The position numbers were made by a program, and so were the translations under genes. A stretch of DNA of 64,000 nucleotides from Vermamoeba vermiformis (lineage: Eukaryota). The notes under the pieces were generated by a model. The model was given only the letters and a program-made list of their open reading frames with translations. It was not told the DNA's origin and made no database searches. Positions 1 to 12,612 of the stretch are shown one piece after another; positions within the stretch are counted from its first letter, which is position 1, and each line of letters opens with the position of its first letter. The stretch lies in NCBI GenBank assembly GCA_045837725.1, contig JBEWZL010000101.1, positions 186,001 to 250,000 of the forward strand. The letters are read 5' to 3'.

Positions 1-376
1 GGCTATTAAGATTAAAAATCGTCGCGTAAAATTCCAGATCGGATTTTGAGATCCAACTTTTTTTGCATGGATCTGTAGTTTAAAAAATATTATAAATGTT
101 TAGCGTACCTTTTCAAAGTGAAAATTATTTTTTACGTTCCAGATCTCGAGATCAGGATGTCGACAAACAATCAGCCGTTCATGTTCTGAAGTCAAGGCCA
201 TGCATTGGACACTACCAATCTCTGCCTTAACAAATTGACAAATATTTACTTGCATGGCTGTATGGTGTTGATGTCTCTCTAAAATATTGAAATAAAATTC
301 ATAAATCGGATCGCGATCTGATTTGTCGAGTAATTATTTTGCCTATTTACAAATTCAACACGGTACAATAGACACA

Positions 377-2687
377 CTACACCTGCTTCTTTTCATCGAG
401 CTTGTCAGTGCTAGAGCTCAGTCGTTTGATCGTCGCTTCCAACATGAGTCGACGACGCGTGTCTGGATCTGGTGTCACCTCGCTGGGGGTGTCGGGGCTA
501 GTGGGGCTCATATTAGCTGTGTTTGTATGACTAGTGCTTGTATGAGTAGCGGTGTCAGGGGTGTCTGTTGCAGCGGTACTGCGGTCAGTGTCACTCGGCA
601 CTGAGGGCTGACTGTTCACACGCGCATTAGTGTTGTTACTGCTCGCTGTGTGCTGAGTACTGGTGTTTGTGTTGTTACTAGTGTTCATATTGTTACTAGT
701 GTTCATATTGTTACTAGTGTTCATATTGTTACTAGTGTTCATATTGTTACTAGCACTAGTATCGGTACTACTCGGCACGGTGTTGTTAGTCGCATCGCTC
801 CCCTCCGCACTCTGCTTGTGCTTGTACAGACTGCACACAACGCCGATCAGTATACCTGCGCATTCACTGAACGGTATATCGCACTTACTCGCGAGCTATT
901 TTTAGCATGGCCTGTTTACGCATTTGAAAGCGGTCGTGTCGCTCCTGCGAGCTGCTGCCAAATTTGTCTTTGACTTGTGGTGGCAACATGAGCGGTGTCG
1001 ATGTGGTGGCACTTGGCACTGCACTCGGCGTGACAGGTGTCGGCGAGGGTTGAGGAGCGACAGGTGTCACAGGTGTATCACGTGATTGAGCAATGACAGG
1101 TGTCACAGGTGCAGGCTGTTGGATGACAGGTGCCACCTCATTATCCGGTGCATCGTTGTTGTTGTTGACAGGTGTCACAACGCGTCCTTCAAGAATGTTG
1201 TTGATGGTCTGATCCACACTCAGCGTCACACTCAAGTCCTGCACGATGCTCTCCACGGCCATGGTCGGGAACACGTCTTGCACCGCACGAATCATCTCCG
1301 CACTCACTGCACCGCGCGGCACTTGATAGGCCGGGGCACGAATCACCTGCACGGACATGTTGGGCAGCCAGCCCCAGCCATTCTGCGCTCGACCAGGGCC
1401 CTGCTGACGTGGCGGGGCAGCATTGGTGGGCAAGAGCGAGCGACGACAGGTGGGACACGAGTGATGGTACTCGAGCCACGAGCGGAGACAGTTGCTGGCA
1501 GAGTGTCAGTACTGACATTCACTGAATGGCGTTCACTGAAACACTTACAAGTGGAACATGTGGCCGCACGGCAGACGACGCGCACCATCGAGTCGTTCGC
1601 GACAAATAGCGCAGCTCTCGTTCATGGTCGCGAGTTGTTCCGCAGTCACGTGCTCGTAAGTGCGCTCCATGTTCTCCGCGAGCTGCTTGTAGTTGCGATA
1701 GGCCTGTATCTTGTCGCGCAGATTGTTGAACACGATGCGTATGTGCAGGAATATCAGCATGTCAATCAGCGTGAACGAGATGCCGTGCAGAATCAAGATC
1801 TGCACGTAATGCGCGAGGGTGGCGAGCAGAATGATGGCGTCAGTGAAGAACTCCACCATGTACATGTACTTGCCGCGCTCCTCCCACGTGCCATTGCCGT
1901 GCAGATCCCACAAGTGGATCGTGTACTTGCCGAGGGTCTGCAGCGTGTCCACGAACAGCGTGAAGCACTCAAAGGTGAGCAGCAGCAGCACAGCAGCCCC
2001 TGCGTCCCAGAACACGGTGAGACAGAGCGCGAACCAGCTCAGATTGGCGAACAGGAGCAGCAGCTGCAGCGTCAACATGCGTCCGTGCACCGCTGCGGGG
2101 GCATTGGGCGAGTAGGTGACGAGCTGCGCGGTGTGGTGAGTGCGAGGCTCAGTGAAGGGGTTGGGACTTACATTCTGAAAGCGATCTTTGGACAGGAAGC
2201 TGAAGAGGTGCATGAATCCGACAATCGAGAACCAAATAGTCCAGATCAAGAGTTCTTTAATACTCGGTTCGAGAATAGCGCCGATAAATATGACTTTAAA
2301 TAGCGCATAATTCGTCAGTTTTTCCCACACTCGCTGCAAAATGAAGTCAAATGAGGGCTGGTGACGTGTAACAACGCGGATGTATTCTCGACGTACCTTG
2401 CTTTCAGACTCCAACAATCTGCCAAAAAATACATATTGCAATAAGGTTCCGAAGAGGACGAGAATATTTATCGCTTGGTTAGCCAAAATCTAGAAAATAC
2501 GAAAATTAATTAAAGAAAAGCAAATTAAGCAGCAACAACTAGCACGTACAATCAAATAGGTCTTGGAGCGCAGTACGAGTGCGAGTGCGGAGGAGAAATT
2601 GCCGTCGACTTGCTGCCACACATTCCACAGACTGAGCCCTGTAAAGGCGAGACTCATGGCAGAGTACCACAGCACAAACGAGTTCAT
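377..2687 (-). CDS. AMFR: gp78/AMFR-type ERAD E3 ubiquitin ligase (multi-exon)
   Basis: N-terminal TM region; RING-H2 CAICRERLDGARRLPCGHMFH; CUE domain (MIRAVQDVFPTM...DLSVTLSVDQTINNILEG); G2BR-like SSQERHDRFQMRKQAMLKIAR; C-terminal VIM-like RRRLMLEATIKRL. Confidence 0.9.
672..753. repeat. 18-bp tandem repeat (ttgttactagtgttcata, about 4.5 copies) encoding (SNNMNT)n in the gp78 disordered tail
   Basis: Perfect tandem copies seen directly. Confidence 0.95.
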
Positions 2688-2849
2688 TATTGTTACGCTA
2701 ATATAGTCTATTATACTACAATGTAGTAGCTGTGATCATCTGTGTTTGTTGATGCTGTCAGCGGAATTGAAATGAACTCCGAAGCTGGGCCTGGAAAAGT
2801 TTTAAGTGACGCCATTCACGCACACAGCACTCAGAGTGACATATAGACC

Positions 2850-3464
2850 ATGATGAATAAAGAGATTATTGATGTGAGCACACGGCAGGGCGAGATGTTC
2901 GTCAAGGTATGCTGGAGTCTGATCTGATCACCCCAACTAATGTCGTTCTGTCCACTAGGATTTTTATTATGTAATGTACGACTCCCCTCAGCGTGTGGTA
3001 AGTATATAACTGCATTGGAGCCGTCTGGTGAATTTAAATAATTAATATTCAATAATAATAATATAATTATTGCTAGTCCATCTTCGGACTGTACAAAGAC
3101 GATTCAGTGATCGTGTGGAATGGCAATGTAATTACAGGCATGAACAACATACAACAGTTCTTCAAGCAACTGCCGCCAACCAGCCACTCCATTGAAACAC
3201 TCGACTGTCAGCCCATATTAATCGGTGCGTATACCAAGCAGTAGTGCAGTTATCCAATGCGCGGTACTGAACACGAGTGCAGGCCCCGGCAATGCGATGA
3301 TATCAGTGGTGGTGTCGGGCAGTGTGGACTACTACCTGTCGAATCAACAGGCGCAGCAGTACAGCTTTCACCAGACCTTCATTCTGCAGCAAGACCTCAG
3401 CTCGCAGGCCAAGAAGACGTACTTCATTGCGCACGATTGTTGTCGCTTCAACAAGAAGAATTAA
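2850..3464 (+). CDS. NXT1: NTF2-family protein, NXT1/p15-like (multi-exon)
   Basis: Spliced translation MMNKEIIDVSTRQGEMFVK/DFYYVMYD...LYKDDSVIVWNGN...LPPTSHSIETLDCQPI...VVVSGSVDY...FHQTFILQ...YFIAHDCCRF. Confidence 0.8.
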
Positions 3465-3629
3465 ACTCCTGTACAGTACTACGCGCATCATCACTCGTTC
3501 TAGTGCCGCAGTATCTCTGTAAATATGTAATCACCGAGCTGTGGTGCAATCGAGACATTTATTAAGGGAGGCTGTACAAGGGAGGGTGATTCGTATTTAC
3601 ATCGTGTGCGACTAGGACGCACTAGTGAC

Positions 3630-4172
3630 TCATTTGCTGTTGCTCTGCTCGCTGGTGCAGTGTGCGCGCAGTTGTGCGTGCAGCTGTTTCATCAGTTCGA
3701 GCTTGACCTCGCTCGATGCCATCGCTAGCAAGAGTGTGAGACACATAGTGTGAGACACATAGCATGGGTACACTATCGACTACTTACCTCGCGCATCATT
3801 AGACACTGCGGAGAACAGTTCTTCGAGCGTAATGTTGTCAAATCCCTTGGCTTTGATGATTTCTGTCATAATCACGTTACATAATGCGATATTGATAGCC
3901 AATGACATACAAGCACTTACCCACGCAAGAGTTCGTCACCATTTCTCTCCAGCCGTTCTCCGTCAGCTTGCTGCGTGCCCAATTTTTCAATCTACAAATT
4001 TAATCATCAACTTCCATCAAATAAATCATTTAATATTCTCCATAATATTTTGAAATTTAATCACTCCAGTGATTTTGACAAATCAATGGATCAAGAACGA
4101 CTTTTACTTTTCGCGTTCCCCAGTTACAGCAAGGTGTTCATTAAAATCAGCTTTTATACTCTCTGCATCCAT
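3630..4172 (-). CDS. ENY2: ENY2/Sus1, SAGA DUB-module and TREX-2 subunit (4 exons)
   Basis: MDAESIKADFNEHLAVTGERE/RLKNWARSKLTENGWREMV/EIIKAKGFDNITLEELF/SEVKLELMKQL matches the ENY2 pattern; GT-AG junctions. Confidence 0.85.
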
Positions 4173-4340
4173 ACTATGGTTCAGTACAAAGCGACAGGTC
4201 CGATAAATAACAATTTTGCCCCCAAAGAATACAAGCCACAAAAATTCAGGCAGAATGAGTGCAGAAAATTCGCCGCGGCGAACATGAGCATTTAGCTTGT
4301 ATTTAATAACAGACCAGCACACTACCTTCAATTATCAATA

Positions 4341-6595
4341 ATGTCGGATAAAAAGGAGTACGATGTTAGCGAATTGGCCGCTTACGACAGCGATGAAGAT
4401 GTTGCTGTTGCCGAAGCAGGAAACAAAGACGGTGACGTCAAAAAGTATGCACAACAAAATAGAGAGTGAACATATGCATATATTTTCGCCAAATAACGAA
4501 TTAGAAAATTATAATAATTTTATTTTCCACATGCACCAAAATCTAAAAATAATTATTTTTTAGGGACACACACGTCGCAATTCATAGCTCTGGTTTCAAG
4601 GACTTTTTGTTGAAGCCGGAACTTTTGAAGGCCATTCAAGACTGCGGTTTTGAGCATCCTTCTGAAGGTAAGTCGCATTTGCACTTTTTACGAAAGAAGC
4701 CTTAACGAAAGTTTAAACTACAACTGATACCACGCCATATAACTGAATGAGTCACAATTAACACCTATTCGCTCCCTAGTGCAACACGAATGTATTCCCG
4801 TAGCTGTGTTGGGTCGCGATGTGATCTGCCAAGCGAAGAGTGGTATGGGCAAGACAGCAGTCTTCGTCTTGTCTATTTTGGATCAGTTGTCTGGTCTCAA
4901 GGATCAAGCTACTGCCACGCAAGACAAGAGCAAGGACAAGGCACGCTGTTTGGTCCTGTGTCACACTCGCGAGTTGGCGTACCAGATCTGCCACGAATTC
5001 GATCGCTTCAAGAAATACATGCCCTGGATCAGAACTGCCGTGTTCTATGGTGGCAAGCCCATCACTGACCACCGAAAGCTGCTCAAAGAAGAAGTGCCGC
5101 ACATTGTCATCGGCACTCCTGGCCGTGTGTTGCAATTAGCCACTGAAGGTGCGTTGGATCTGAGTCAGATCAAGCACTTCATTCTCGACGAGTGCGACAA
5201 GATGCTCGAAACTCTCGGTAAGTCCATTTGAAAAGCACTTCTGTGGCAGTCACTCATGTTCTCGTCTCAGAGATGCGCCGTGACGTGCAAAAGATCTTCA
5301 AGTTGACGCCGCACAACAAGCAAGTGATGATGTTCAGCGCGACACTGGCTGAAGAGATTCGACCCATCTGCCGCAAGTTCATGCACAAAGTAATTATCTT
5401 CCCGGCTGCTTATTTAAATATATATATCAAATCGGGCCTCGCTGTTGGATTGGGTGATCGGCTAGGCACTGCAACTGAACGACGACGTGGTTAATAATAA
5501 CTAATAATGATAATCACCTACCGCTCTGTTGGTTCAGCAAAGTGCGAATCCACTCCCGCGACATATGAAACCAATGTGACACGGAGGCTAAGAGACATAG
5601 AACAAAGAGAGAAGTGATGTGCACGCGTTGCTGACTGCTTAGACACTGCGCATCTCCCCCAATCGCGCGAAGAGAGAGAGAGCAGATCCAGAGTAGAGAT
5701 TAGAGCTTCAAATTATGCATCGCAATTGCTGAGTCGGTTTCGTTAATTTTAATCTTAAATCACCCGCATTTTTATATTCAAATATTCCCGCTCCTCCAGT
5801 ATTTGCAGAATAACGAAGCCTTGGAACCCGTCACCGAATATTAACAGCACAGCCCACCAATAACAATATTATTCAACTCGCACGCAGTTCTGCACCTCTA
5901 CCTGCCGTATAAAACTAATCGATTGCTTTTTGTCATCAGCCTATGGAAGTGTACATCAACGATGGTGCCAAGCTGACCTTGCACGGTCTGCAACAATACT
6001 ACGTGGAACTGACCGAGCAAGAGAAGAACCGCAAGCTGATTGATCTGTTGGACTCGTTGGAATTCAATCAAGTCGTCGTGTTCGTCAAGTCCGTCAGTCG
6101 CGCCACCATGCTCAACAAGATCCTGCAAGAGATCAACTTCCCTTCTGTCTGCATTCACGCTCGCATGAGTCAAGAGGAGAGGTAGGTCATTGCACATTAT
6201 TATGGCGCGTGTGATATAGAGTGCTCACTTGCTTGGCAGAATCGATCGTTACAAGAAGTTCAAGGACTTTGGCTCGCGCATCATGGTCGCCACTAACTTG
6301 TTCGGTCGTGGTGTGGACTTTGAGCGCGTCAACGTCGTGATCAACTACGACATGTCTGAGGACCCTGACACCTACTTGCATCGCGTTGGTCGTGCTGGTA
6401 GATTCGGTACTAAGGGTTTGGCCCTTTCATTCATCTCATCGAAAGAGGATGCCGAAGTGTTGAACCAAGTTCAAAAGCGATTTGTTGTCGATATTCCGAC
6501 CCTGCCTGAACATATCGACACATCTACTTACAGTAAGTCTTGTCGATCGAGTTTTAGCATTTCAAATCTAATGTTTAATTACAGTGAACGCTTAA
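4341..6595 (+). CDS. DDX39: DECD-box RNA helicase UAP56/Sub2 (DDX39)
   Basis: [39 protein letters not shown] motifs. Confidence 0.97.
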
Positions 6596-6840
6596 AACCC
6601 CATATCGCCTAGAATGCACCGGTTGTAATTGCTTGGTCTTAATAAAAGAGTCTTTTGTTGTACACCGCAAGTAGCCGTTATGCCCAAACCGCGCCAAAAA
6701 ATTTAAATTATTTTGAGTCACACAACGCTGCACTGCCATTTGTTCTGTGCTGCGCCTTGCGTTAATACAAAGGCATTCATATATTTGTCGCACCTTATGC
6801 CTAGGTAGTATTTGTTTAGTTGATTGAAACGTTAAATAAA

Positions 6841-8175
6841 ATGAAGAAGACCCCTTCTAGAAGAGAAGACGAAATTAATACGGATAATAATGATTATAAT
6901 AACAACGAAAATAATAACAGTGATGGCATGTATTATCCAGAGGACGAGGAAGATTATGTGCCCAGCTGCACTCCGTTGCCGAGCGAAGAAGAACTTCAAC
7001 AGCCGTTTGTTGTCGATCAATTATTTGAATTCGATGCACCACAGTACTTTGATTTCGATGAATTCGACAATCCTAGTTATCAGCAACAGTACTTCAATAT
7101 CTCGATGAATCCACTCACTGGGGACATTACCACCACACGACGACTGTAAGTGATGCAAGAACCATTTCAATTTATTATCGAAACTAAATAACTTGCTAGT
7201 CTTAATGACGTCGATTGGTTTTTGAACGAACATCCAGAACTAGAGCCGCTAGACGAAGTGGATTTCAGTTACGAGAGTGCAAGTCGTGAGAGCATTGACC
7301 AATCACCGCGCAGTCGTGCTGATACACCAACTGATGACAATATGAAGACTCCACCCACGAGTTATCACACGCCACCACACAACACACCAGATGCAGCACG
7401 TACCATGAGTCCGTTGATATTCAAAACACCTCAACGACGTCACATTGCCACACCGCTCTCACCTTCACTTGCCAAATTAGGAAAAGCAGTGCGAGTCGTG
7501 AGTGCCTCGCCACTAGCACCGCTGACACCAAGCGGCCTCGCGTCACCACTGCGCAGACCACTCACTGGCCCCGCAGCCAAGCCAGGCGTGAACGGTATTG
7601 TTCCGCCCTCGCCGATGCGCGTCACACTCACTTCGTTCACTGAACACCGAACTCAACCGCTGTTCACTGAAACGAAGACTCAGCCAGTCACTGCACCGTC
7701 CTCCCCTCCCAAGTCACTGATCCCTGTTGTTCCGCCCTCACCCAAGCCAGCAGCGAGCAGTATTGTTCCGCCCTCACCCAAGCAGTCCACACTGATCACC
7801 GCACAGCCCCGTCGCATCGTGCGCACCAGTCCGACCAGTGCCGAGACAAGTGTCACCACCAAGCCTGCGACACGTGTCAACACGAGTGCGGTGCGTGTGG
7901 CCAAAGAGAACAGACCTGTCAATCGCGTGGGGGCCGTGACGAAAGTGACAGTGCGCTCCTCCACGCAGCCCCGCCCCTCCGCGCGCAGTGAGAGCAGTGC
8001 CGAGCAAGACGTGCTCAAAGAAGTGACGCGCATGTTGGCCGAGCACAACAAGAAGATACGCGATCAACACCGCTCGCAGGTACTCGAACGCGCCAAGAAG
8101 CCGAGTGTGCGTCAAGTGAAGCAGTTTGCGAGCACTGAACGCACGCGCAGTAAGAGTACCTCGCCGCTGCTGTAG
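6841..8175 (+). CDS. Disordered S/T/P-rich protein with an N-terminal TPX2-like Aurora-binding motif (2 exons; intron 7146-7199)
   Basis: FEFDAPQYFDF...NDVDWF resembles the TPX2 Aurora-A-binding motifs; many SP/TP sites; the intron joins ORFs 6820-7149 and 7222-8175 in frame. Confidence 0.6.
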
Positions 8176-8304
8176 CCGTGTACTGGATGGCGGAACAACA
8201 ATTTGTCACGTGTCGAGTGAAATTTCACAGCACGTGATTGTACAGTGTGAAGAATCATGTAAAAATAAGCAATTAATCGGACACAAGCCCAAGCATCACT
8301 ACAT

Positions 8305-9061
8305 ATGCGCGCAGTATTGTCTATTGTAACGCGTAGAGTGTCGCGCGTGAGAGTGACTCGATCGCTGTTCTCCGTCACACGCACTGTTCCGAGCACTCAC
8401 AGCGCACTGTTAACTCGCGTAATTATTCAAATATATTTGATATATAATAGTGTGCCTTATTCACTTCTGTAGGAGCCTCTTTACATTACCCAAAGCTCTC
8501 CACTGCGTACTTGCATCAGATCTGCTTTGTACTCCACTGAAGACAAGAAATATAAGTGAGAACAGTACAACATTATATAGCGCCAATTATTCACAATTAA
8601 TATGATGCAGAAACACATTCGAAGAAGATCCGCACAGCTTTCACGAGGTCGTTGATGCGACGCTGCAGCACTTGCTCGAACAGTGCGAACAGCTCGAGAG
8701 TCGCGACATTGCTGGCTTTGACTGCGTGGAGCACGTGAGTACGAGGGGGCAGCGTGACAGCTCGTTGACTTGAATTGACAGGACGGCGTGTTTGAACTCA
8801 AGCTCGGCAGTCTAGGCACCTTTGTGATCAACAAACAGACCCCTAATCGACAGTTGTGGTTCTCGTCGCCCATCAGGTCAGTGCGGAGCTGCAGATCTGT
8901 TCGTAGTCTAACTATTTATCAGCGGTCCGAAGCGCTACAATTACGATATGGAGACTAAGACATGGCGTAACACACGCGACGGTCATAATATGTTTGTCCT
9001 ATTGTCTGATGAACTCGCGCGCTTGTTGGGTTTTGAATTCAAACTGAAAGAGCTCAAATAA
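8305..9061 (+). CDS. FXN: Frataxin with mitochondrial presequence (multi-exon, missed by the ORF track)
   Basis: R/S-rich N-terminus; [39 protein letters not shown] signature. Confidence 0.93.
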
Positions 9062-9095
9062 ATATCATTTAACCAAGCAACACTGCCACGCGAGC

Positions 9096-11015
9096 ATGAG
9101 TCTGCCAATTACATTAACAAAGCATCGGGATGTATACAAGTCCTCTTTGAATCGAGAACAAGAGAAATCGAACAGACTTCAACGCGTGATCCAGATCCGA
9201 AAGCAATTGCAACGCGACACCATTCATGCAAAGCGCTTTAAACCCGATCCAGGTAATGTGGAAATAACATTCTGTCAGTAATATATCAGTATTAACTGTG
9301 GATCGCAGAGCAAGAAAAAAAATTAATTGATAAAGCAGCATTGAAAAACACTCTAGAGCAGCTCAAGGTTCATCGATGACATATTAATATAGACGGTAAT
9401 TAACTTGATATGACAGTCCAAGCAGTACAAACAACGAGCAGCTGCGCTAATCGAGTTGCGGCGCGCGTTGTGTCAGGACGAGCACGTGATCGAGCACGTG
9501 ATCAGCGCCCACGCAGTACCCGCCCTGCTGGTGAGTGCACGACGCGCGAGGCCACTAGTAACGGATTGACAGGAGTTCTTGACTGACCGCGAAGAGCGCC
9601 TCAAACTCGAAGCAGTGTGGTGTCTGACGAGTGCGTACCAGTTATATACATAGATATATATATACTGAGAGAGATATATATGATGAACCACGACTGACTC
9701 TCTCTCCCACGGGCAGATCTGGCCAGCGGAACAACTGAGCAAGCCTCGCACGTGCTGAATGCCGCACCGTTCTTGCTGCAGTTCATCGAGCAGGGCAGTC
9801 CAGTGAGTGTTCAGTGAATGAGTGGTGTGTGAGTGCGACTGACAGAGTTTGACACGTGTCAGGAGTTGCGCTACCAATCGCTGTGGACCGTGGGCAATGT
9901 GCTGGTCGATGACGCGCACAACACACACCTCGCGCGCAAGATGAAGCGACAGTTGCTGGCACAGGGACTCTGGACCACTCTCTTGCACGCCATTGGTCAG
10001 GTAACGCTGCTGTCACCTGGGGCACTGTTTGACACTGTTGACAGCCCAATCTGACATCTATCACGCACTGGGTGCTGACCAATCTGCTGCGCGGTGTCAC
10101 GTGGCTAGCTGCACCGAGCAAAGGCCCTGCGCGATTGATCACGTGGTCCGAAATTTCAGCGCTGATTGAGCATTGTTTGCCTCGACTGGAGCTAGTGGAT
10201 GACACGTGTCAGAGTCCCGTGACCGAAGAGTGCTGGCTGTTGAGCGTGCTGTACCAACACCTCGATGTGACAGCTGTCACTCTCAATGCGGACATGTCAT
10301 TCGCTGCCCTTCATCGTCGCGTCATTCGCTGTGTGGTGCAACACATGACACGTGTCACTGATCAAGGGCAACATTTGCCACTGCTGCGAGGTAAGTGTAG
10401 TCGATGCCCAAATATGGTAATAACACGTTACAGTGCTCAATGTGTTGCTCGTGGATTGGCACGTGTCAGTGTGGCGTGAGTGCGGACTCGACGAACAATC
10501 ATTGCTGTCACTGATCATGTGCTGTCTCACTTCGAATGCTGCGTAAGTCTCACTTTGACACGTGTCACTAACTGATAAACGACAGGGTGCAATGCGAAGT
10601 ACTATTTTTAGTAGCAAATATGACAGCCAGCGAGGAATATTACCGCGAACTAGTGTCACGCGATGCAGCCCTGGTAAATGAACTGCGCAGAGCCCTGGTG
10701 AGTGGCACGCGTGATGTGACACGTGAGGCCATGTACTGCGCGGCACATCTCACGCTGAGTGGCACCCATGTGACACGTGTCATTGACCGTGCTGTAGTGC
10801 AGCATGTGATCTCCGTGCTGACCACTGCGTCAGACTCTGAGTCACAAGTCTTGGCGCTGACATTGCTGGAGATTGCAGCGAGATACATCGACCAGGGCCG
10901 TGCTTGGCTGCACGAGGCGCAGTTGACCGCACACCTCGCACAGCTCACCGCGCACTCGGAGGAGGTGTCGCGCGCTTGTGCGCTGTTTGCGACGTACTTG
11001 ACCCCTGACCATTAG
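9096..11015 (+). CDS. Divergent importin-alpha-like ARM-repeat protein (TMCO6-like)
   Basis: IBB-like basic N-terminus; LKLEAVWCLTNLASG, QSLWTVGNV and WVLTNL ARM motifs after splicing. Confidence 0.7.
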
Positions 11016-11192
11016 TGAGGTCCATGTTGCGGGTACTGGCCATTGGGAGATTTCGCAGTAGATTTCATATTTGCGCAAAATAATTATCAGCTGGCCCTTG
11101 TCGCTATTATTATTACTTGTAATTGTTGACAACAACATTCCCTTGTACATACTCATTGTCTTATTATATAATATACGGAGTGTAGCATAGTC

Positions 11193-12500
11193 ATGACAGA
11201 TCCCAGCAAACAAAACTTGGTAAAATATTTGTATTTGACCGGGTTAGTGCGTGTATTCATTATTATTATTGCAGATCAATCCATTCGAGACGGCAGACGA
11301 GATGAATCCGTTCTCGCAAGGTATTCAAGAGTACAATCCATTTCAAAATCAACCACAGCAACCTCAAGTCGTACAACCAGTAGTATCATCCTCAACTCCT
11401 CAATTTCAAAGTGCGTATCGCTCGCTGCATAATTATAATTAATTTAGAATATTTTTCGTATTTTTCTATTTTTCGAATTTTATTTCGTATAGATCTCACT
11501 CACACTCTGCTGCCTGCGAGCACCAATACTAACAACCAATAGCTCCTAGCCAGCCCGTCGCATTCAATCCCCCACCTCAACCCGACAACACTTTGACGGA
11601 CGTCGCCCTCGAGCCAGGTACTTGCTAACTGAGCCCTCTAGTCCTCTGACTCGCTACTCACCGCACTATACATATATATATACAGAGATACAACCTGGCT
11701 CGCCTGGTGTGACTCGCTATGTGGTCACTGAAGAGATGGATCAAGAACGACCGCAAACACGCTTCTACCAGCCCGAACACTACCGCCAGTTCTTCAATGT
11801 CGATACGAGCGATGTGTTCTTCAGATTAATACGCGCACTGTTCCCATTCAAGCGCGACTTTATTGACGTCGTGCGCAAGAACCCAGATTTGTAAGCTCGA
11901 GCCGCGTGACAGTCGCGAATGAGTACTAATCTCGGTGCATATACAGCTACGGCCCTCTGTGGATCACAACGAGTCTCATCTTTATGATGGCAGCTGCAGG
12001 CAATCTCGCTTCATCCCTCACATCCAGCAACACGCAATGGTCAGTACACAGCGCTAGTTAATGCAGATACGACGCGTATTGAACTGACAGTACCGACTAG
12101 GCACTACGACTTCAAGATGTTGACTTACGGCAGCATCATACTCTACGGCTACTCGTTCTTGGTGCCGCTGTTGTGGTGGGGTCTGTTGCGCTGGATGGAC
12201 ATTGAGATCACCCTCATGCAGCTGTTGTGCATCTACGGCTACTCGCTCTTCGTCTACTTCCCCATTGCGATACCCTGCATATTGCCCTACGAGTGGCTGC
12301 GCTGGGTGCTCGTGGGCATTGCGTGCATCATCAGCACCGTGTTCTTGGTGCTCAACTTGTGGATCCCCTTGCGCGCACAGCTGGGCAAGGCACTGTTCTG
12401 CTTGTTGGGCATCGTCGCACTGCATGTAGGTCTAGCACTGGTGTTCAGACTCTACTTCTTCGCTTTCGATGATCCCGATCAGGACATTACCACCAACTGA
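11193..12500 (+). CDS. Yip1-domain Golgi membrane protein (YIPF1/2-like)
   Basis: YRQFFNVDT, NPDLYGPLWI, LLCIYGYSLF motifs; multiple TM helices. Confidence 0.9.
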
Positions 12501-12612
12501 GCTGTTTGTTTGTAATAAATTCTTGTTTGTTTGTGTAACCACAGACCTCATCTTAATAACACTATGAATGCCTAGAGCACTAGTATTGCAGCAATAATAA
12601 CAAGTCCTCGCC

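Noticed and set aside
672-753. CRISPR-like array
   Set aside because: Head-to-tail repeats with no spacers, in a eukaryotic coding context
650-973. Repetitive hydrophobic + strand ORFs (VFILLL)n and (SVHIVT)n
   Set aside because: Alternative frames of the 18-bp tandem repeat inside gp78
1086-2303. 405-aa + strand ORF
   Set aside because: Antisense shadow of the gp78 CDS; no recognisable protein features
3734-3762. Duplicated agtgtgagacacat in an ENY2 intron
   Set aside because: Simple two-copy slippage duplication with no element-like structure
5612-5732. Box C/D snoRNA (GTGATGT...CTGA) in the UAP56 intron
   Set aside because: Imperfect C box, no convincing terminal stem, and no rRNA-complementary guide identified by eye
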